From a virus: a stretch of DNA of 64,000 bases. The notes below the pieces were generated by a model that saw only the letters and a list, made by a program, of their open reading frames with translations, was not told where the DNA came from and made no database searches. The position numbers and the translations under genes were made by a program. The stretch covers positions 64,001 to 128,000 of the IMG/VR virus record IMGVR_UViG_3300025288_000012; one strand, given 5' to 3'. Positions 8,880-19,300 of the stretch are shown here, in pieces; positions within the stretch are counted from its first letter, which is position 1; each line of letters starts with the position of its first letter.

Positions 8880-11567
8880 ATGGTTAGAGAAATTCAAAGG
8901 TCAACAAGACAGGCCAAACCTGCTCCCGCTAGAGCACGGAAATCTAGGTCAGAGCCTGAAGAAGAAGTTGTCGTTACGCGAGCAGTAGCTAGATCTGGAG
9001 CTAGGGTTCCGAAGGTTTCAGTAGTGAAGGAGGCTGAATATGAAATGTTCAACCCTCTAATAAACATTGATGACCAGTTAGATGCTATCGAGAAGGACTA
9101 CACGTTAAGTGGTTCTTCAATGGACCCTGACGAAATAAGGCAGCCAACTGGCCTACTGGTTGTTGATCTCATGCTAGGAAGAGGATTGGTACCTGGATGG
9201 TACACGTTCTTCGGACCAGAGCAGTCGTGCAAGTCAACAGGTGCTTCTACTTTCATGGGTGCAGCGCTAAACTCTGGTATACCAGTCATTTCGTATTGGG
9301 ACTTTGAGGGTTCTGTTTCTCATAGCTATCTTACCAACATCATTGAGACCCAAGGTTTCAAGATGGATCTAAAACATGTGTTCGGTCTAAAAGATGCGGC
9401 TGGAAACTGGACAGTAAAACCTCGAGTGCGTTACTACTCCGAAGGTGTTGCTGAGAAGTTCTTTGACTACCTTGCTAGCCTTGAACGTAAGCTTCCAGAC
9501 AAGGTGAAGATCAATGATAAGTGGTACATGATTTACGAGAACACCAAGGCTAACCAGAAGTTGCTGGCTGGACACTACGATCCCAAATACTTGTCCAAAA
9601 CTGGAAGGCTTCGCATACCTGCTAATGATGGTACTTTGCAAGCGTTAGTAATTCTGGACTCGTACCCAGCTATGTTGCCTGAGCGTCTTGACGTTGACGA
9701 TCCAGGTGCTGGTATGGCAGCTCAAGCTCGTATGTTCAGTGAACAACTTCGTCGAGTTAAAGGCAAGATGAAGGCGAAGCGTATTGCCGTTATAGGCGTC
9801 AACCAGCTCCGCAAAGCACCAATGGTGATGTTCGGCTGTTACCATGGTAGCGTAAGTGTAACTATGGCTGATGGGTCGAAACCTACTATCAAAGAAGTAG
9901 TTGAGAATAAGCTTACTGGACCAGTTCTGGCGTTTGACCCGTCAACCAGTACCTTCGTGCCCAAGCCAATAACTGGGTGGTTTAACAATGGTCCAGCAAA
10001 GAAGTGGTTAAAAATAACCTACGAAACTAGCAGGAACAACCGGGGCGCAAATAAGGATAGCATCGTCGTAACCCCAGAGCACTTGATGTGGAGTGAAGAG
10101 TTCAAAACGCTACTAGCTGCACTCAAGTTTAAAAAGGGTGATACGTTTTCAGCACCTTCTCCGTATGCGTTATCCTATCATGCGGAACAGCTGTACCTAG
10201 GGATGATGCTGGGTGATGGGTGGTTTAGCGTAAAGGAAGACTTCCTAAAGATTAGTTTCATGCACAAGGAAGAATATCAGTGGCTTACGGCGTGGAAACG
10301 GTCAATCCTTAACTTCGGTGGCTGTGATACCAAGCTATTGACTCAAGAGATGCCCTACGTGTACAACCCCAAGCTAGCCAAACTTGCTATGGAACGTAAG
10401 TCTGGTTGTGAAGGACGCGAGAAAAGGCTGTCACAGGAATTTTGCGAAGCACTCGATCTACCTGCAGTAGCAGTGTGGTACATGGATGACGGCGGCAAGG
10501 GAGGTAAGCTACGGAAGATGCAATCCTATCCCTTACAGGATGTTAGACTTCTTTGCGATGTCTTGAACAAAAAGTTCAAAACAAACTGTACAGTGGCCAC
10601 ATGGGCAGATAACTCCTGCGTAAGTGGTGTGGGACATGGGATTAAATTCGACACACGAATGTACAACCTTATGGCACCTTATGTGCACGCTAACTTCCGA
10701 CAAGAGGTTGCGGACCGAGTAACTATCAACTGCAACGCTTCCGGTATAGTGAGGCCAGAAACGATTCGCAAGCATACCCCGAAAGGAATCCGGTACTTTG
10801 GGGAATTCAAGGCATGGGGTGCTTGTGGTACGACGCAATCCATTCCTGTAAAAATTCTAAAGGTAGAGGAAATCTCGAAAGGAAACTATGGTCGCAAGGC
10901 ACAAGCAGATAAGTTCGTACTAAGCGATTCTCGTTATGAGATTGAGATAAAGGATTTGGGACTATTCGTAGCTGATGGTGTCGTGGGCAAAAACTCGCCT
11001 GAATACGAACCTGGTGGAGAGGCTATAAAGTTCTTCAGCGACTGCCGGTTGCGGGTGTTCCCAAGGGCCCTTAGTGGTGTTCCTGGTGCAAAAGGTAAGG
11101 GGATGATAGAAGAAGAACCAAGCATCCTAGAGTCTGGTGGTAAGGACTCCTATCGCTACATTCATATCCGTGCTCACAAGAACAAGCTCAGTGTGCCAAA
11201 TCTCGAAGGCTGGTTACGTCTGTGGATTACGGATGGTGAAGGCGTGGCTCGTGGTTTTGATCCGGTGTGGGATGTATACTACTACTTGCGCGAGACAGGT
11301 CAGATAAGTGGTCAACGATCTAAGCTCAAGCTAGCTTTGGATGGTAGAGAGAATCCGAAGAAGGCATTGCCGTGGATGGACTTGAAGGCACTTGTCATAG
11401 GTACTAAAGCTCAAAGGATTGAAGTGTGGAAATCTTTGATGCCTGGTTCTAGGCCGTTTGATCTTAAAGGATTCTGCAAGAAGCAACTGCAGGAGCGTAA
11501 CGGGCTCGATCTGTACTTTAGTCACATGAAGGCATCATCTGCTGCAGACGAAGAGACTGAGGACTGA
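8880..11567 (+). CDS. recA: RecA/UvsX recombinase with intein
   Basis: Walker A GPEQSCKST, LVILDSYPA, VIGVNQLR, VMFG|SPEYEPGG; start moved to ATG 8880 after RBS AAAAGGTG. Confidence 0.92.
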   Translation: MVREIQRSTRQAKPAPARARKSRSEPEEEVVVTRAVARSGARVPKVSVVKEAEYEMFNPLINIDDQLDAIEKDYTLSGSSMDPDEIRQPTGLLVVDLMLGRGLVPGWYTFFGPEQSCKSTGASTFMGAALNSGIPVISYWDFEGSVSHSYLTNIIETQGFKMDLKHVFGLKDAAGNWTVKPRVRYYSEGVAEKFFDYLASLERKLPDKVKINDKWYMIYENTKANQKLLAGHYDPKYLSKTGRLRIPANDGTLQALVILDSYPAMLPERLDVDDPGAGMAAQARMFSEQLRRVKGKMKAKRIAVIGVNQLRKAPMVMFGCYHGSVSVTMADGSKPTIKEVVENKLTGPVLAFDPSTSTFVPKPITGWFNNGPAKKWLKITYETSRNNRGANKDSIVVTPEHLMWSEEFKTLLAALKFKKGDTFSAPSPYALSYHAEQLYLGMMLGDGWFSVKEDFLKISFMHKEEYQWLTAWKRSILNFGGCDTKLLTQEMPYVYNPKLAKLAMERKSGCEGREKRLSQEFCEALDLPAVAVWYMDDGGKGGKLRKMQSYPLQDVRLLCDVLNKKFKTNCTVATWADNSCVSGVGHGIKFDTRMYNLMAPYVHANFRQEVADRVTINCNASGIVRPETIRKHTPKGIRYFGEFKAWGACGTTQSIPVKILKVEEISKGNYGRKAQADKFVLSDSRYEIEIKDLGLFVADGVVGKNSPEYEPGGEAIKFFSDCRLRVFPRALSGVPGAKGKGMIEEEPSILESGGKDSYRYIHIRAHKNKLSVPNLEGWLRLWITDGEGVARGFDPVWDVYYYLRETGQISGQRSKLKLALDGRENPKKALPWMDLKALVIGTKAQRIEVWKSLMPGSRPFDLKGFCKKQLQERNGLDLYFSHMKASSAADEETED
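9837..10994 (+). mobile_element. RecA intein (386 aa), LAGLIDADG type
   Basis: CYHGSVSV.., VTPEH, LGMMLGDG, WYMDDG, ends ADGVVGKN, +1 Ser; VMFG|S site as in mycobacterial RecA-b inteins. Confidence 0.92.
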
Positions 11568-11568
11568 C

Positions 11569-11907
11569 GTGACAACTGATTCTACTCGTGGTGAGGTCAA
11601 ACAGATTGACCAGAGTTCTTACTTTGACTGTCCAAAGCTTTGGGCACGCCTTAAAATAAGTGCATGTTATGAGTACATGGAGAAGTCAAAGGAACGATGC
11701 CCTGCGAATAAAACCCCGAAATACGCGATGGCTTGTTCAAAGTGTACGGAGTTCAGTACCTACCATCGGGTAGTAATCAGTAGCGAGGAATTTGAAGGTA
11801 AGGTTCTTTCTGACCTTGGTGGTGCAGAGGGTCTGGCAAAGCAGGAAGACCTCGAGGATTTGGAGTTGTGGGAGAAACGAAGACTTCGAGGCTTGTCAAA
11901 TTCTTGA
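11569..11907 (+). CDS. hypothetical Cys-rich protein
   Basis: ORF fills the gap between genes; several Cys including CSKC. Confidence 0.6.
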   Translation: MTTDSTRGEVKQIDQSSYFDCPKLWARLKISACYEYMEKSKERCPANKTPKYAMACSKCTEFSTYHRVVISSEEFEGKVLSDLGGAEGLAKQEDLEDLELWEKRRLRGLSNS

Positions 11908-11956
11908 AGTGCTAGTAAGTTTGCCCACGTAGTAATTTATAACGGTTACTTATCCT

Positions 11957-12826
11957 ATGAGAATATTGTTGGTTGACGGTAACAACTATGCGTATCGAGG
12001 CATGTACGCTATAAAGGACCTGAGCTCTAATGATGGAATACCCACTAATGCAGTACGTGGGTTTTTCACTATTTTGAGCACAGACATAAAAGTACTAAGA
12101 CCTACTCACGTTGCTCTGTCATTTGACCGCACACCTTCATTCAGACGACTTGAAATGTATCCTGAATACAAAGGTACTAGAGATCATAGTGGTGTAAACA
12201 TTGATCCCCAGCTACGGATCATCCGTAAGCTTACCCGAGCTTCGGGTCTGGCTACATTGGATGTGATAGGTGAAGAGTCGGATGACATAATTGCTACACT
12301 GGCCGTGTTGTTCGGTGAACTAGACTTTGAGGTACTTATCTCGTCGACTGATAAGGACTTTGCAGCCCTAGTTGGAAAGAAAACGAAGATAGTCGAGCCT
12401 CGTACTAGGAGCCTCATAGGTCAGAAAGGGGTTATGGCGAAGTTCGGTGTACGCCCTAATCAAATGCAGGACTTACTAACACTAATGGGTGACAAGGCTG
12501 ACAATGTCCCAGGTGCAAAAGGAGTAGCGAAGAAAACAGCCGCAAAGCTACTGTCAAAGTATGGAAGCATAAAGGGCATCTACGGTGCTGTGAAGAGAAA
12601 TGAGCTAACGCCTGCTCTTACACGAAATTTAGTTGAGTTCAGATCGAGTGGACAGCTAGAGCTTAGCTACAAGCTTATCAAGCTGTTCACTGAGGTAAAG
12701 GTCAATAGTGATCCTAGTAGATTCGATCTTAGTACAAAAAGAGTAGATGCGAATCTAGTTAGGAGAATGTGTGAGGAGTTGAATCTTACCGACACTCACA
12801 AGCTAATAAGGGGCATGAACAAATGA
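11957..12826 (+). CDS. 5'-3' exonuclease / flap endonuclease (PolI N-terminal type)
   Basis: LLVDGNNYAYR, ESDDII, STDKDF, LMGDKADNVPGAKGVAKKTA (H3TH). Confidence 0.92.
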   Translation: MRILLVDGNNYAYRGMYAIKDLSSNDGIPTNAVRGFFTILSTDIKVLRPTHVALSFDRTPSFRRLEMYPEYKGTRDHSGVNIDPQLRIIRKLTRASGLATLDVIGEESDDIIATLAVLFGELDFEVLISSTDKDFAALVGKKTKIVEPRTRSLIGQKGVMAKFGVRPNQMQDLLTLMGDKADNVPGAKGVAKKTAAKLLSKYGSIKGIYGAVKRNELTPALTRNLVEFRSSGQLELSYKLIKLFTEVKVNSDPSRFDLSTKRVDANLVRRMCEELNLTDTHKLIRGMNK

Positions 12827-13047
12827 AAATGAAGTTAATGGTTATAAAGCAACCAACTGAACCTGAAGTCACGTACTCCGCTGAGGGTGAAGAAGAAGTA
12901 AAAAGAAGCGTAGAGGAAATAGCTATAGAGCTTCAGAAGGTGAACCTTGAGCTTAGCAGCCTAACAGGCGAAATTGAGTCCATGGAGGACGAACTCCAAA
13001 TAACCTTCAGCGATATAGTTGAGACTAAAGAGGCCACTCATGGCTGA
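12823..13047 (+). CDS. hypothetical coiled-coil protein
   Basis: ORF overlapping both neighbours. Confidence 0.55.
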   Translation: MKMKLMVIKQPTEPEVTYSAEGEEEVKRSVEEIAIELQKVNLELSSLTGEIESMEDELQITFSDIVETKEATHG

Positions 13048-13669
13048 AATGGCTGAATTGATTAGGGCTGAAGTGGAACACCGCGAAGAAGAAAGTCACA
13101 ACTTCGAGCAGGACAAAACAGAAAGGGAGAAGTTCAAGTTCAGGGACGTAGCAGAGTCGGATAGACATAATAGAAGAGAAATATCCAACGCTGTAAAGAA
13201 GCTTTTTAAGAAGATCTCGATGAAGACTCATCCTGATCGTACACAGAACAAGTCTGACGAAGAGAAGAAAATTCTACACGAGCTTTTCCTGGAAGCTAAA
13301 ATTGCGTATGCCTCAGATGACCTTCATGGGCTGGAGGAAATTTGGAGTTGCGTAAAGTCCATGAAGCCGCGTCTTCTCAGCAGGCTGATTGAAAAGTTGC
13401 AGCATCTAATGCTGCAACTTCAGAAGTCAAAAGTATCACTCAATATGCTAAAGAAGTCGTCGCAGTACAATATGCTAACAGACTTCAAAGTTGACCGGGC
13501 ACGACCCAAGGTAGAGCAGTTCTACAAAGGACTTCTACTGAGAAAGATCGAGAGGTTGAAAAGAGAAATAAACTTTAGGGATGCAACTAGGTATGGTGAA
13601 GAAGCGAAACCACAAACCATCGCTATAACTATAATCACCACAACTAATTCTGGTTGGACAAGCCTTTAA
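13040..13669 (+). CDS. J-domain (DnaJ-like) protein
   Basis: KLFKKISMKTHPDR J-domain signature. Confidence 0.75.
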   Translation: MAEMAELIRAEVEHREEESHNFEQDKTEREKFKFRDVAESDRHNRREISNAVKKLFKKISMKTHPDRTQNKSDEEKKILHELFLEAKIAYASDDLHGLEEIWSCVKSMKPRLLSRLIEKLQHLMLQLQKSKVSLNMLKKSSQYNMLTDFKVDRARPKVEQFYKGLLLRKIERLKREINFRDATRYGEEAKPQTIAITIITTTNSGWTSL

Positions 13670-13680
13670 CAAGGAACAGC

Positions 13681-14730
13681 ATGAGTCTTCACGGTGTAAG
13701 TACTAGCGATTGGCATCTAGGTGGTATGCAAAGGGTCCTAACTGACCCAGTTGGTAGCATGATTAGGGAGATTAAGAAGCCTTATGAGTATGCACTTAGC
13801 CAAGGCATTAAGTATGTATTCGTACCTGGTGACATAAGTGATTCACACCACATGGATGACCACACCTTCATCCAGTTGTTGACTCTGCTTCTTACCTACG
13901 ATGAACACATAACTACGTTCTACTTACGAGGTAATCATGACGTAGCGCATAAGTACAAGACGTCACTCGATGCTCTTGAATTCATGGCGAAGAACAATTT
14001 CTTCAAGAACTTCAAGGTTTACAGCTCACCCAAGGCTGTCGGCATTGACGGTGTGAGCGTAGGATTTATCCCATTCCCTGGATCAGAAGTCAAGGCAAAA
14101 AGGCCTCCACTCATATTCGCGCATGTGGAAGAGCCTGGTGCGATAGGGGATAACGGAAGACCTCTAAAGACAAAGGAGAGTCAGATCATCCGTAGGGCTG
14201 GTGACTACATGATCTCAGGTCACTTGCACCAATTCCAAGTACTTGAGGCGAGACGTACTCTGTATAACGGTTCACCCTACCAGAAGACATTTGGTGAGTC
14301 ATTGCCTAAAGGGTTTGTTGACTTCAAAGCTGAGTACGTCAAAGGCAAGCTAGAAGTAGATCACGAGTTCATAAATAGTCATCCGAACTTTGAGTTACGA
14401 AACATCCTCATACGGAAAAGTTCTGACTGGGAGAAGATTGTTGACGATCCTAACATACGGTACAAGGTGGTTGTTGACAAGTCAGCTGGTGTAGTGGTAC
14501 CAAAGGACATAACACTCAGCAGACCCAACATAGTGTACTTGAATGGGTCAGACTCATTGGTCAAAGTGAAGGATGTTCATGATATTGAAGGTCAATCACT
14601 GGCATCGCTTCCGATCTTCAATCCCATCAAAGGACTTAGAGCGTACTTAGAACGTTCGGGTCTTGACGAAGTCACAGTGAAACTAGGTATATCAATGACC
14701 AAGGAAGCGTGGAAGCACCTGAATAAGTAA
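13681..14730 (+). CDS. sbcD: SbcD/Mre11/gp47-like metallophosphoesterase nuclease
   Basis: SDWHLG, PGDISD, RGNHD, SGHLH. Confidence 0.88.
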   Translation: MSLHGVSTSDWHLGGMQRVLTDPVGSMIREIKKPYEYALSQGIKYVFVPGDISDSHHMDDHTFIQLLTLLLTYDEHITTFYLRGNHDVAHKYKTSLDALEFMAKNNFFKNFKVYSSPKAVGIDGVSVGFIPFPGSEVKAKRPPLIFAHVEEPGAIGDNGRPLKTKESQIIRRAGDYMISGHLHQFQVLEARRTLYNGSPYQKTFGESLPKGFVDFKAEYVKGKLEVDHEFINSHPNFELRNILIRKSSDWEKIVDDPNIRYKVVVDKSAGVVVPKDITLSRPNIVYLNGSDSLVKVKDVHDIEGQSLASLPIFNPIKGLRAYLERSGLDEVTVKLGISMTKEAWKHLNK

Positions 14731-14746
14731 CGCGTAAATCACCTAT

Positions 14747-14776
14747 AAAAGCCTGCAACTGTGCAGGCTTTTTTTT
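14747..14776 (+). terminator. intrinsic terminator (potentially bidirectional)
   Basis: AAAAGCCTGCA-ACTG-TGCAGGCTTTT followed by more T. Confidence 0.9.
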
Positions 14777-14779
14777 CGT

Positions 14780-15850
14780 CTCCACTTCCTACGTTTATGC
14801 GTATAAAAATGGGTGGGTGCACCCAGTAATAACTGAAACTGCGGATCGATTTTGGCCCGGTTGTGTGATCTTGTACGACGAACTCGCGGGTAGCGAATTC
14901 AGGTTTTCGTGCTTTCGGTAAAAAACACCTGTTTTTTGAGCTTCTGTTCCGGGAAAATAGGGTGAACTAAGGTGCATTTTTGGGTCATGAACCTCCACTT
15001 TTCCAAAAGGCTCCCGAAATATCGATTTTTGTCAAACCCGTAAAAAATATTTATCTCATTTAGAATCAAAGACATACGGTTCCAATTGTTGCGCTGCAAC
15101 AGCGCGTACAAGGTGTTTCAACCGGGAAAAACTATGGCGGCACTGACAGTTCACGAACCAGTACGTGCAGAGCACTACATATGGTTCAACATACTGTTTT
15201 CCGCCTGGTTTGAACCCACGTAAAAACGCAGTTTCGTGCAACCTAACTGTAAACGACGTGTAAGACGTGCCGTCATGGCTGATTGAATCAAATTGTGAAT
15301 GTGAGCCGCGTATCACTAAGTTCCATGATGCCTCGTATGATGTACGATGCGATGTGCGGAGCAATTGCGAGACCACGAGGCAGGAGTCGGAGACGACCAA
15401 TAATGGTCAGGTACCGCAGAGGCTGATTGAATATTATGTATCCTGTGAAATAAGTATCAGTATCAATGTGGTTTTACCGGTTTCGGGGGAAACCGGTCGG
15501 GGTAGAAAATTTCGGATGGTTTAGAACTATTGATCGAATACGAGCCTAAGGCGAGTTCGATCAATAGTTCATCAAACACGCTGGTGTGTAGCGTGTTTGA
15601 GATTAAGCGTAGCCAGTGTGGTAAAAAGGTGGACGAAAACAGCGTCCTTGCAATATCGGCGATAGCCCTGCCTGATTTTCCTGCAGAAAATGCAGTACCA
15701 CCCACAAAACCTCAGGAAAACCATGGCTTTACGTTAAAACCTCAGGAAAACCATGGCTTTACGTTAAAACCTCAGGAAAACCATGGCTTTACGTTAAAAC
15801 CTCAGGAAAACCATGGCTTTACGTTAAAACCTCACAATTGCTAGAGTCCT
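14780..15850. other. long non-coding region with multiple inverted repeats and A/T tracts (origin, terminus or ncRNA candidate)
   Basis: No convincing gene; inverted repeats at 14920-14937, 15477-15496, 15524-15570, 15572-15600. Confidence 0.55.
15706..15834. repeat. perfect 30-bp tandem repeat x4.3 (AAAACCTCAGGAAAACCATGGCTTTACGTT)
   Basis: Four identical copies from 15706 plus a 9-bp partial copy; no spacers. Confidence 0.97.
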
Positions 15851-15958
15851 TATATGCCAAATTTGGACCTCCGGTCCAAATTTGACGGTTCTGTAACATT
15901 CCGCCGCGCGCCCCGCCCGCCCGCCGCCCCTCCACCTCGAACGAACATACCAACCTAT

Positions 15959-16192
15959 ATGAAAATCTTTCCACTTGCCCCGTTTCATCTCCATGTACCG
16001 ACTACTAATGCTCAGATGTACTGCTGCCTAACGGAAGAAGAACTCGCAGATCGTAACCAGAAAGCAGATCTGTGCATGTTGGTCAAGAGGCTAGTGCGAA
16101 CCCTGGAAGCGGTGTCACCCAACAATGAACTTTCAACTATTGCGATGGACTTCATTAAGAATGCCACTGACATTGGTAAGCCTTTGCGATAA
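15959..16192 (+). CDS. hypothetical protein (start uncertain; ORF track gives 15854)
   Basis: Helical C-terminus DLCMLVKRLVRTLEAVSPNNEL; the 5' part of the longer ORF is hairpin and GC tract. Confidence 0.5.
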   Translation: MKIFPLAPFHLHVPTTNAQMYCCLTEEELADRNQKADLCMLVKRLVRTLEAVSPNNELSTIAMDFIKNATDIGKPLR

Positions 16193-16391
16193 TGGAACTA
16201 GAACTTTCACTAGAACTTTCACTACAACGTTGTAGTGAATTCGGTCATTCGTGCTGAATGAAGCACGAATGACCCAACTATATGTTGGCTGGGTATAGAG
16301 GAGTTTGAGCTACAGGATTTTTCCATCGTTTCATGCACTCCTGCAGATGGCTATTGCCCGTTAGTGCTAGGCATGATTACTGTAAAATGAA

Positions 16392-19300
16392 ATGTTATTC
16401 ACTACTTCGGGAATGGGCATGAACATAGGACTACAAGAAGCTTCATTTGACATTTGGGATACCAAATATCGGCTGCGTGACTCGGAAGGCAATCCAGTAG
16501 ACAAAGACCTAGAAGCCTCGCGCAGGCGTGTCGCTACTGCCTTAGCTGAAGCGGAGCCAGCCGAGATGCGAGCTAGTTACGAGAAACTCTACTATGACGC
16601 TCTGGAGTATGCTATCCCTGCTGGGCGCATCTACTCCAATGCTGGTGCATCGGATCATAAAAGAGCCGTGTCTCTAATCAACTGCACGGTCAGTGATACC
16701 ATCCAGGATTCGATGGACAGCATCCTGATGAAGCTATACGAATCTGGTCTTACGCTACGGGCAGGGTGCGGTATAGGATATGAGTTCAGTACTTTGCGCC
16801 CGAAAGGCAGTTTCGTTTTCGGTGCGGGTGCTGTAACATCAGGCCCGTTGTCCTTCATGGACGTATATGACAAGACGTGCTTCACTATTTCTTCAGCAGG
16901 TGGTCGTCGTGGTGCTCAGATGGCCACCTTCGACATTTCACATCCTGACGTACTTGAGTTCATACGGGCAAAGCGTGAGGATGGCCGTCTGCGTCAGTTC
17001 AACCTATCAGTGTTGGTTACTGACGAATTCATCCACGCCGTCAAGAATGATTTGACCTGGGTGTTTAAGTGGGATGGAAAGCCGTATGGAAATCCCATTC
17101 CGGCTAAAGAGTTGTGGGACATCATTATGAAGTCCACCTACAACTTCGCTGAGCCTGGCTTCCTCCTTGTAGACCGTATTAACCATTACAACAACCTTTG
17201 GTTCTGCGAGAACCTTCGTGCTACGAATCCTTGTGTCACAGGGGATACCTTAGTTGCAGTAGCAGGGCGTGGTCCAGTACCTATTAAGCAACTTGCTGAA
17301 GAAGGTGTAGATATACCCGTATACGGGTATGACTTTGAAACAGGAAAAACCGTAGTCAAGTACGGGCGAAACCCACGTCGAACCGGAATAGGACATAAGG
17401 TTTATCGCGTAACACTTGATGACGGTTCCTCTTTCAAAGGTAATGCTAAGCACAAAGTTCCACTACGCGATGGGTCAATAGTGGGGATTGAGGACTTAGT
17501 GGGTGGGGAAAGTCTCGTACCTTTCGTCCTAAAGGACGACCGTTATGGCACATTTGTTCAAACTACGGACGGCTATAGCAAAGACTACCAACTCCTGCTG
17601 AACTGCAAGTATTATGGCACGGATCTGGATTTTGGTACAGGTGTAGGTAAAATCCATAGTCACCACGTAGATGGTGACCACTTCAATAACGACATGGACA
17701 ATCTAGAAGCTATGTACCATGAGGAGCATACGTCCCATCATCTTACAGAAGCAAATTACGGCGTAGTCAGTCAAGGACGTGTTCAACCTCTCAAGGTTCG
17801 TAAGACAAAACACTCTAAAACCACACGTAGGTTAATCGGACTTAAGACGCTTGCTCGATTTTCTAATAACCCAGCTTTTAAAGCTAATCATCGCGCGGCC
17901 GTAGCTGAGGCAATGCAAAAACCTGAGACACGTGCTTTACTGTCAAAGGTTAAAACTAAAGATCGCCAAGTATTGAGCTGCGTGTGTGAGGGGTGTGAAA
18001 CACCTTTTAATCTTACCGTAATTGTAGGACGGACTAGCCCACAACGCTTCTGTAGTCAATCGTGTGCTGCTGCGCACAACTCAGCTATAGCTGCGAATAC
18101 ACCTCGTACCCAAGAGACGTTAGACGCAATATCAAAGGGGTCCAAAGCATTTGCAGCTACTCGAAAAGGGCGTAAGTCTAAACGTGCTGCTGGTTCTGCC
18201 TCTATTGTGCAGAGTTCCTTGAAATGTGGCTCGATGATGCTTCATCTTGGACATAAAATCTCAGCACGTACTTGGGACTCCTTGAAGTACGTTCTTCATG
18301 AGGCTGGGATCAAACCAACTATCGGTGCTGCCTGGATTGATAATCAGTGGGATGGTGACTGGAAAGCCTTCACTAAGGAGTGCAAGGCCTATAATCACAA
18401 GGTAGTAAGCATTGAGTACGTAGGGCGAGAAGACGTTTACAATCTAACTGTGGACGATGTACACAATTACTGCATAGTGACAAAGTCTTGGAAGGATAAG
18501 GGTATCACATACTGGACAGGTGTGCTGCAAAAAAATTGCGGTGAGCAACCGCTTCCCCCTTACGGGGCGTGCTTGTTGGGTTCCCTCAACCTGACCAAAT
18601 TCGTACTCAATCCGTTCACTTCAGCTGCTACCTTCGACTTTTCAAAGTATGAGGAGATCATCAAGATCTTTACCCGTATGCTGGACAACGTCGTAGAAAG
18701 TAATGGTCTTCCCTTGATCCAACAGCGTCATGAGATCGAGTCCAAGCGTCGTCACGGAATGGGTTTCTTGGGTCTCGGTTCTACCTTGACTATGCTAGGT
18801 ATGACCTATGGCAGTCCAGAGTCAGTAGCCTTCACCTCTGAGGTCACGAAATGTTTGGCCATGACCAGCTTTGATGCTGGTGTTGACCTGGCTATCGAAA
18901 AAGGTGAAGCCCCTATTCTGCAACAAGAGTTCAATTCGGTTGAGCTTCAAAATTCTCCCAATGGTCGTTTCAATACCAACATGCGGTACGCGAACGAGAC
19001 CTACACTGGTCGTCAGCTTTTGCTTCAAAGCCATTACTTCGATGCGTGGCGGAGCGACGAGAGAGGGTCAGCAATTCTCAAGCGTATCAAGAAACACGGC
19101 TGTCGGTTTACCCATGCTACGTCTTTGGCACCTACAGGCTGTTGCCTGTCCTCAACTAAAATAATAACTGATGCTGGAATAAAGTCTTATCAGTCTATTA
19201 TGGAGGAGAACGGTATTGACTGGAAGTCTATAGAAAAAACAAACGAAAAGCAATGGCTACCACTCAAGCCTTTCACCTTACCGTCACTTGATAACTATGC

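Noticed and set aside
8244-8881. Long minus-strand ORFs (poly-Ser, Arg/His/Pro-rich) opposite ssb
   Set aside because: Shadow ORFs produced by the low-complexity GAT/GAC/GAA repeats.
15706-15834. 30-bp repeats as a CRISPR array
   Set aside because: The copies are contiguous with no spacers, and no cas genes are present.
15530-15844. 104-aa ORF with KPQENHGFTL repeats
   Set aside because: It is a translation of hairpins and the tandem repeat, with no clear RBS. Treated as non-coding.
16193-16391. Cobalamin riboswitch or NrdR box upstream of the B12-dependent RNR
   Set aside because: The B12-box and GGGAA/conserved core were not found by eye, and the palindromes do not fit the NrdR consensus spacing. 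An Infernal scan is needed to exclude it formally.
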